Origin: an uncultured bacterium
GTDB lineage: Bacteria; Patescibacteriota; Minisyncoccia; Phycocordibacterales; PALSA-1337
Length of the DNA stretch: 64,000 bases
Reading direction: 5' to 3'
Assembly: GCA_963701025.1 (NCBI GenBank)
Contig: OY969557.1
Coordinates: forward strand, 368,622-432,621
Shown: positions 58,840-64,000 of the stretch, one piece after another
Layout: the number at the start of each line of letters is the position of its first letter
How positions within the stretch are numbered: position 1 is the first letter of the stretch
The notes under the pieces: generated by a model
What the model was told of the DNA's origin: nothing
Databases searched by the model: none
The model's input: the letters and a program-made list of their open reading frames with translations, nothing else
Made by a program: the position numbers and the translations under genes

Positions 58840-59043
58840 CTAGAGCATGAAGAGCTGTGTCAAAGCGAAGCCGCCAAAGAGAGGCACGCGGCGTGGCTGG
58901 AGCCTGGCAAGCTGCGAGACGAGGAATTTATGCCGGCGGGACTCTTCCTTGTATGACATGCCCTGGATGATGCGCAGGTCGATCTTTTCGTTGATCTTCC
59001 TGATCTCGCGGCGAAGCTCACGGATTATCTGATGTTTGCTCAT
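58840..59043 (-). CDS. Small basic hypothetical protein upstream of lexA
   Basis: 67-aa ORF co-oriented with lexA. Confidence 0.65.
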   Translation of the reverse strand: MSKHQIIRELRREIRKINEKIDLRIIQGMSYKEESRRHKFLVSQLARLQPRRVPLFGGFALTQLFML

Positions 59044-59120
59044 ATTTTTGTATCTATTATTAAAACGACTGCTAAACGACTTTTTATTTTGATGGGTAGG
59101 CCCCTGTTGGGCATGGATAT

Positions 59121-59149
59121 AGTATAGGTGAACTATCGTTCACCTGCAA
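59121..59149 (-). promoter_or_regulatory. Promoter with SOS-box-like operator in the spacer
   Basis: TTGCAG-N17-TATACT; palindrome aggtGAAC-tatc-GTTCacct at 59126-59145. Confidence 0.7.
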
Positions 59150-59191
59150 GAGGTTAAGTGGGGATAACTAAAAAGACCCTGTGATATGGCC

Positions 59192-60535
59192 TTATTCTAT
59201 GAACGTGATTGCCTTGCCCTTCTTCCCCGCTCTGCCAGTGCGGCCGATGCGGTGTATATAGTCTTCATAGGTGGCGGGCAGATCGTAATTGATGACATGC
59301 GAAACATCGGAGACGTCGATGCCGCGGGCGGCGACGTCGGTGGCGACGAGGGCTTTGAGGTGTCCGGCTTTGAAGGAGTCGAGTGCCCTCTGGCGCTGGC
59401 CCTGGTTCTTGTTACCGTGGATGGACTCTGCTTTGAAACCGAGGGCGAAGAGGCCGTTCTTCAGACGCTCGACGCCGTGCTTGGTCTTGCCGAAGATGAG
59501 AACTTTGGTGAAACCGGGCTGGGAGAGCAGATCCTTGAGGACATCTATCTTATTACGTCCCGTGACGCGGACGATGTCCTGGTCGACGCCCTTGGCGGTA
59601 TCGCCGGTCTTGACCGATATGGAGACGGGGTTCTTCAGGAAATCCTTGATGAGGGCTTCGATATCCCGTGACATGGTGGCCGAGAAGAAAAGAGTCTGGC
59701 GCGCGGCAGGCATCTTTCCCATGATCAGGCGCATGTCGTGGATGAAGCCCATGTCGAGCATGCGGTCAGCTTCGTCGAGAACGACGGTCGAGAACTGCGA
59801 CAGGTTGATGGCTTTCCTCTCGAGCAGATCCTTGAGGCGGCCGGGTGTTCCGATGATGAAGCTGTTGCTGCGGCGCAAGGCCCCGAGCTGTTTGCCGATG
59901 GATGCGCCGCCGACGCAGACGACCGAGAATATGGAAAGCATTGACGAGAATCCGCGGAGCTCGTCGTCGATCTGGGTGGCGAGCTCGCGGGTCGGCACCA
60001 TGATGAGGATCTTTTCGTTGCGGAATTTGAGGACTTTGTCTATGAGCGGAACGAGGAATGCGGCCGTCTTGCCCGTACCCGTATTGGCGATGCCGACGAC
60101 GTCGCGGCCCTGGAGGATATGTGGGATAGTCCGGTCTTGGATGGGAGTCGGGGTCACATAGCCTTTCTTGACGATATTGTGTTTGAGCTTCTCGTCTATA
60201 AGGAAATCCTTGAAAGCATGTTCCGGCTTGAAGACCGGCATCTCCTCGGTGATTACGGCCTTGTTGACGAATTTGGATATGTCGTTGAAAGACTTCTGAG
60301 CGAATCCGCCTCCACGGCCGCCACGGTTACCGCCCTTATAACCGCCGCGAACATTCTTATAGCCGATTTTGCCTTTGTAGCCGCCTCCGCCTTTGTAGAC
60401 GCCAGGTTTGCCTCTGCGGAATGGACGAGGTCCTGACGCATGAAAAGAACGCCCGCCTGACGGGCGGTGCGAAGGCGATCCCCTTTTCGGAGAATGTTCG
60501 TGGCTTTGATAGCCGCTTGAATGTTTACCTGGCAT
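59192..60535 (-). CDS. DEAD-box RNA helicase
   Basis: TGTGKT, PTRELA, TPGRL, DEAD, SAT, HRIGRTGR. Confidence 0.96.
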   Translation of the reverse strand: MPGKHSSGYQSHEHSPKRGSPSHRPSGGRSFHASGPRPFRRGKPGVYKGGGGYKGKIGYKNVRGGYKGGNRGGRGGGFAQKSFNDISKFVNKAVITEEMPVFKPEHAFKDFLIDEKLKHNIVKKGYVTPTPIQDRTIPHILQGRDVVGIANTGTGKTAAFLVPLIDKVLKFRNEKILIMVPTRELATQIDDELRGFSSMLSIFSVVCVGGASIGKQLGALRRSNSFIIGTPGRLKDLLERKAINLSQFSTVVLDEADRMLDMGFIHDMRLIMGKMPAARQTLFFSATMSRDIEALIKDFLKNPVSISVKTGDTAKGVDQDIVRVTGRNKIDVLKDLLSQPGFTKVLIFGKTKHGVERLKNGLFALGFKAESIHGNKNQGQRQRALDSFKAGHLKALVATDVAARGIDVSDVSHVINYDLPATYEDYIHRIGRTGRAGKKGKAITFIE

Positions 60536-60598
60536 AATATATCGAGTATATGAGGATAATCTGTGTGCAGAGCATAGTATCTCATTGGGAGCTTAGTG

Positions 60599-61993
60599 TC
60601 AAGATCGATCCGTAGCAATGCCCCCATCGAGCGCGGCGGCGCCTCCCGCCACATACCCTGTCGTCCAACAGAGCTGAAGCGAATAGCCGCCGGATGGCCG
60701 GTTGATGTGAAGGAGGTCGCCGGTGATAAATAGATTGTTTACTATTTTAGACTTCATCGTCCTGGTGTCTATTTCGGCGAGAGCGACGCCGCCATCGGAA
60801 ACCACAGCCCGATCATCGCCCATGAGATGAGTAATGGTGAGGGGCAAAGCTTTGAAAAGCTGCGTCAGAATCTTACGCTCTTCTACGGTTACGCTGTGCA
60901 CTTTCTTATCGAGCATTCTCCGCCCCGCATCTGACGATCCATCCTTTCTATCCGCTGGTCCATCAAGAAGCAGACCGACCTCTTTGGCCATGCCTGCAGG
61001 GAGAAGGCTGGCTAAAACATTCTTCAATGTTTTATTCTTATTCGCGTCGAAAATTCCGATGATCTTTTTCTCGAGCGCGCCGAGATCCAAATCCGGAAAT
61101 AGATCTATACCCGCAGTTACCGTGCCGGCTTGGAGCAGGTCAGCCACTTCTGCCGCGCTATTCAAGATAAGCGGCCCAGAAATGCCGAAGTGAGTAAAAA
61201 GGATCTTTCCTTTCTTGGAAAAGGCTTTGACCCCGTCGACAAAAAAAGTGATCTTCATTGATTCGACGCTTATGCCGGCCAATCTCTTCGACCACTCATC
61301 CGATACGGCTAGCGGCACGACTGACGGCGTCGGTGACGCCACGGTATGGCCAAGCTCACGAAGCCAGCCGAAGCCGTCCCCGGTCGAACCGGTCTCTCGA
61401 TGCGATGCACCGCCGGTGGCAAAGATGAAATTCTTGGCGCGGTACTCTCGTTCGCCATCTGCTCCACTACAGTTAACTGTAGTGATGCTTTTCTTGTATG
61501 CGCTCGAACTGCCCTTGATTTCACGGGTATTGATCCGCGTAACCGGCGAACCGACTTTGATCGTCACTTTTCCTTCTTGAACATATTTTTCCAAGACCTT
61601 ATATACATCCAGAGCCTTTTGGCTTTTCGGAAAGGCCCTTTTACGATCTTCGACGACGAGCGGCAAACCGCGAGACTCAAAAAATGAAAATGTGTCTTTC
61701 ACGCCGAATTTGGCAAAGGCGGAAAAGAGCGCCTCGCCCGCATTGCCATAATGCTTTAGCAGAGCGCGCGCATCATACTCGGCATTGGTGATATTGCACC
61801 GCCCGCCACCGGTTATCTTGAGCTTCTCGCCCATCTTCTTGTTCTTCTCCAGAAGGAGGACGCGCCTAACGCCGGCTTCTCCATTGTCTGCTGATGCGAC
61901 AGATAAGACTTCAGCCGCCCTGCCGGCAGCCGTGAGGCCAGACGCGCCGCCGCCCACGACGATGACATCGTATGTATCAGAATTATCGGCCAT
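60599..61993 (-). CDS. HI0933/BaiN-family flavoprotein
   Basis: GGGASG, ITGGGRCNITN, ATGG.S...GSTGDG, FTHFGISGP, GGYSLQ. Confidence 0.92.
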   Translation of the reverse strand: MADNSDTYDVIVVGGGASGLTAAGRAAEVLSVASADNGEAGVRRVLLLEKNKKMGEKLKITGGGRCNITNAEYDARALLKHYGNAGEALFSAFAKFGVKDTFSFFESRGLPLVVEDRKRAFPKSQKALDVYKVLEKYVQEGKVTIKVGSPVTRINTREIKGSSSAYKKSITTVNCSGADGEREYRAKNFIFATGGASHRETGSTGDGFGWLRELGHTVASPTPSVVPLAVSDEWSKRLAGISVESMKITFFVDGVKAFSKKGKILFTHFGISGPLILNSAAEVADLLQAGTVTAGIDLFPDLDLGALEKKIIGIFDANKNKTLKNVLASLLPAGMAKEVGLLLDGPADRKDGSSDAGRRMLDKKVHSVTVEERKILTQLFKALPLTITHLMGDDRAVVSDGGVALAEIDTRTMKSKIVNNLFITGDLLHINRPSGGYSLQLCWTTGYVAGGAAALDGGIATDRS

Positions 61994-62029
61994 GCCAGCT
62001 ATGCTAGCACATCTTTATATGCACATGCC

Positions 62030-62407
62030 TTATTTAGCTAGAGTGCCCGGTGGAATGGAACTATTCGGCTCCAAGAGTGAAAATCCGCTCTGACCATTCG
62101 CGTCCGGCGGGGTGGAGACGGCGAAGAGCATGCCGTTCGATTCCAGCCCGCATATTGTCCTCGGCTCGAGATTCGTCACGAACATGCAGGTCTTGCCCAC
62201 GAGAACGGCGGGGTCGGGAAAATACGCGGCTATGCCGGAGACGATCTGTCTCGGAGAAGGCATCGAAACAGTAGCTCCCGCTAACGGCGCTACTTCGCCG
62301 AAATCGACCGACAATTTTAGCAATTTATCGGTATCAGGCACCTTCTCCGCCGAAATAATCTTGCCCGCGCGTATCTCAACTTTTTTGAAATCTTCGTAGG
62401 ATATCAT
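62030..62407 (-). CDS. Stand-alone tRNA-binding domain (Trbp111/MetRS C-terminal-like)
   Basis: DKLLKL.VD.G, RQIVSGI, NLEPR...G.ESNGM. Confidence 0.88.
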   Translation of the reverse strand: MISYEDFKKVEIRAGKIISAEKVPDTDKLLKLSVDFGEVAPLAGATVSMPSPRQIVSGIAAYFPDPAVLVGKTCMFVTNLEPRTICGLESNGMLFAVSTPPDANGQSGFSLLEPNSSIPPGTLAK

Positions 62408-62448
62408 CGTTGGATTATAGCATTCCGAGGGCGTATAATTAAGATTAT

Positions 62449-63051
62449 ATGTTCATTGCAATACTCATCACGATCGCCATTACCGCGGTCGGGACCATCA
62501 TCTATGCGTCCACCTGCGAGTGGACTCTTCACCGATTCATCATGCACCGCCCGCTCTGGAAATTCCGTTATCCGTTCGAGGCGCATGCCCTCGTCCACCA
62601 TCGGGTATTCAAGGCCGACGAGACCTATCATCTGATCGACAAGACCACCCAGGACAAATGGACTATTCCCATGGCCTGGTGGAACGGGCCGATATTGATA
62701 ATCACCGCGTCGCTTCCCTCTTTGATCGTCTGGATCTTCTTGCCGACGTGGGGAATGCGCTTGTGGATGTACGGCACCAACTTTTCCGTCATCGCCCTGT
62801 ATTACGCGGCATACGAATACATGCATTGGTGCATGCACCTGCCTCTCCCGCGGAGACGGATCATAGAGCGGCGATGGATCTTCTTCCGGTTGAACGGCCA
62901 TCATCTCCTGCATCACAGGTACATGAAGAGGAACTTCAATGTTGTACTTCCCCTCGCCGACTTGTTCACGGGCACCCTGCTACTGCGGGCGCCGGTGCAT
63001 TTCAAGCAAGCGCGCGGGCCGTCCGTGCCCGATGTCCAACCGCTGGTCTGA
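62449..63051 (+). CDS. Fatty acid hydroxylase/sterol desaturase-family protein
   Basis: His boxes HRFIMH, HALVHH, HWCMH, HHLLHH. Confidence 0.85.
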   Translation: MFIAILITIAITAVGTIIYASTCEWTLHRFIMHRPLWKFRYPFEAHALVHHRVFKADETYHLIDKTTQDKWTIPMAWWNGPILIITASLPSLIVWIFLPTWGMRLWMYGTNFSVIALYYAAYEYMHWCMHLPLPRRRIIERRWIFFRLNGHHLLHHRYMKRNFNVVLPLADLFTGTLLLRAPVHFKQARGPSVPDVQPLV

Positions 63052-63090
63052 CCGGCGGTTTTTTTATGCCGCGACGGCATTGACTGGGCC

Positions 63091-63317
63091 ATGACGGGGA
63101 TGAGCTCCAGCAGAAAAACGGCTCAAAATCAGAGTTTAGGTTCGAGTCCAAGACTCGTTCAGAGGAGGGAGTCTTGGACGTAGACGTGAAGCAAACCTAA
63201 AAGATGTTGAGATTGCTCAATATTTTACGAGAAAAAGGTTCGATTGGTATATCTACCAACTGGCTGACGTTTTTGATTAATGTTCGGACTTTTTTCGCCG
63301 CGAATCCGGAAGGGTGA
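63091..63317 (+). pseudogene. Possible relic of a serine-recombinase C-terminus
   Basis: Short frames SLGSSPRL and WLTFLINVRTFF, recalled as resembling CPR recombinase tails; next to a GC shift. Confidence 0.3.
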
Positions 63318-63439
63318 TGCGACTGGTTGCGCCGTCGCTCCGCTCGGCGCTCGGTTCGGACTGTCGCGACAGGGATTTCGGGGAGGAAGGTGTCGCGCCC
63401 GTCCGCCTGTTTTTTCGGGCGGGGGCGGGTCGTAGACGT

Positions 63440-63493
63440 AATCGGGTCAAATGGTGGAAATGACCCGATTAGGTCATACCATCTGACCCGATT
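63440..63493. repeat. 10-bp motif in inverted and direct copies
   Basis: aatcgggtca (63440), tgacccgatt (63461, 63484). Confidence 0.6.
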
Positions 63494-63549
63494 ATTCTAA
63501 CGCAGTGGCATGTAAATGACATCTCGGCCAGCTCCGGAACGCTTCGTCT

Positions 63550-63987
63550 TTAAGCAATAGAGAATTTATTTCTGACAGAAGTGATAGGAAAATATTTTCC
63601 TAAAAATTGACTTAATCGAGCAAATTCTGCATCAGCACCTTGTTGAAGTTTTAGGGATACAGTTTTTCTAACTAGAGTAACCTTCTTTCCGTTATAAGTT
63701 AAGTAGAATTTGTTCTTACCAAAAGTAATTTTATTTTTTAGATCACTAAGTGATACTTTTAGAAAAACGTATTTTTCGTAATCATGGGATATAATTTTGT
63801 CGTCTGAATTGACCCACGACAATCTACAAGTTTTGTAGTATTTGATTCTGCGTGCATCCCTAACAGTATAAAATGTTATAAGTCCTAGCCCTGTGAAAAG
63901 TGAAAGAAATGAAATGAAATGTTCCTTAACATTATTGAGTTTAGCTTCTGGCATTTTGATTAAATATAAGTATTCGTTATCAATCAT
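63550..63987 (-). CDS. AT-rich hypothetical membrane protein (probably begins beyond the window)
   Basis: Low-GC ORF with one TM helix at the window edge. Confidence 0.5.
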   Translation of the reverse strand: MIDNEYLYLIKMPEAKLNNVKEHFISFLSLFTGLGLITFYTVRDARRIKYYKTCRLSWVNSDDKIISHDYEKYVFLKVSLSDLKNKITFGKNKFYLTYNGKKVTLVRKTVSLKLQQGADAEFARLSQFLGKYFPITSVRNKFSIA

Positions 63988-64000
63988 TACATCAAAAAAC

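Overview
Chromosomal window of a bacterium that looks like Patescibacteria/CPR (Parcubacteria-like). This is an inference from the streamlined thrS and aspS, a Gmad2-type Ig protein, in-frame palindromic inserts and many apparently leaderless genes. Contents: a beta-glucan/cellulose-like cluster (GT2 synthase, GH8, GH6, membrane GTs; 0-9 kb), two OmpR-type regulators and two histidine kinases, two ECF sigma factors, thrS, aspS, tRNA-Phe(GAA), tRNA-Arg(CCT), a TspO/msrB/msrA/DipZ redox block, two MacAB-like ABC operons, a low-GC islet (class II aaRS paralog + HIT + broken NYN), lexA, a DEAD helicase and several frameshifted genes. The strongest hidden system is a complete diversity-generating retroelement (47.36-49.91 kb): RT, Avd, a 124-bp TR, and a VR with 12 of 13 mismatches at TR adenines. 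Its layout is unusual: avd lies antisense between TR and RT, and a C11 tract separates the avd frame from its nearest ATGs. The second notable signal is an 11-bp-periodic direct-repeat element present twice. One copy lies between an OmpR regulator and a kinase; the other lies in front of an unannotated tRNA-like structured RNA and a second promoter/terminator-bounded small RNA (26.2-26.47 kb). All family calls come from motif recognition by eye; no database searches were run.
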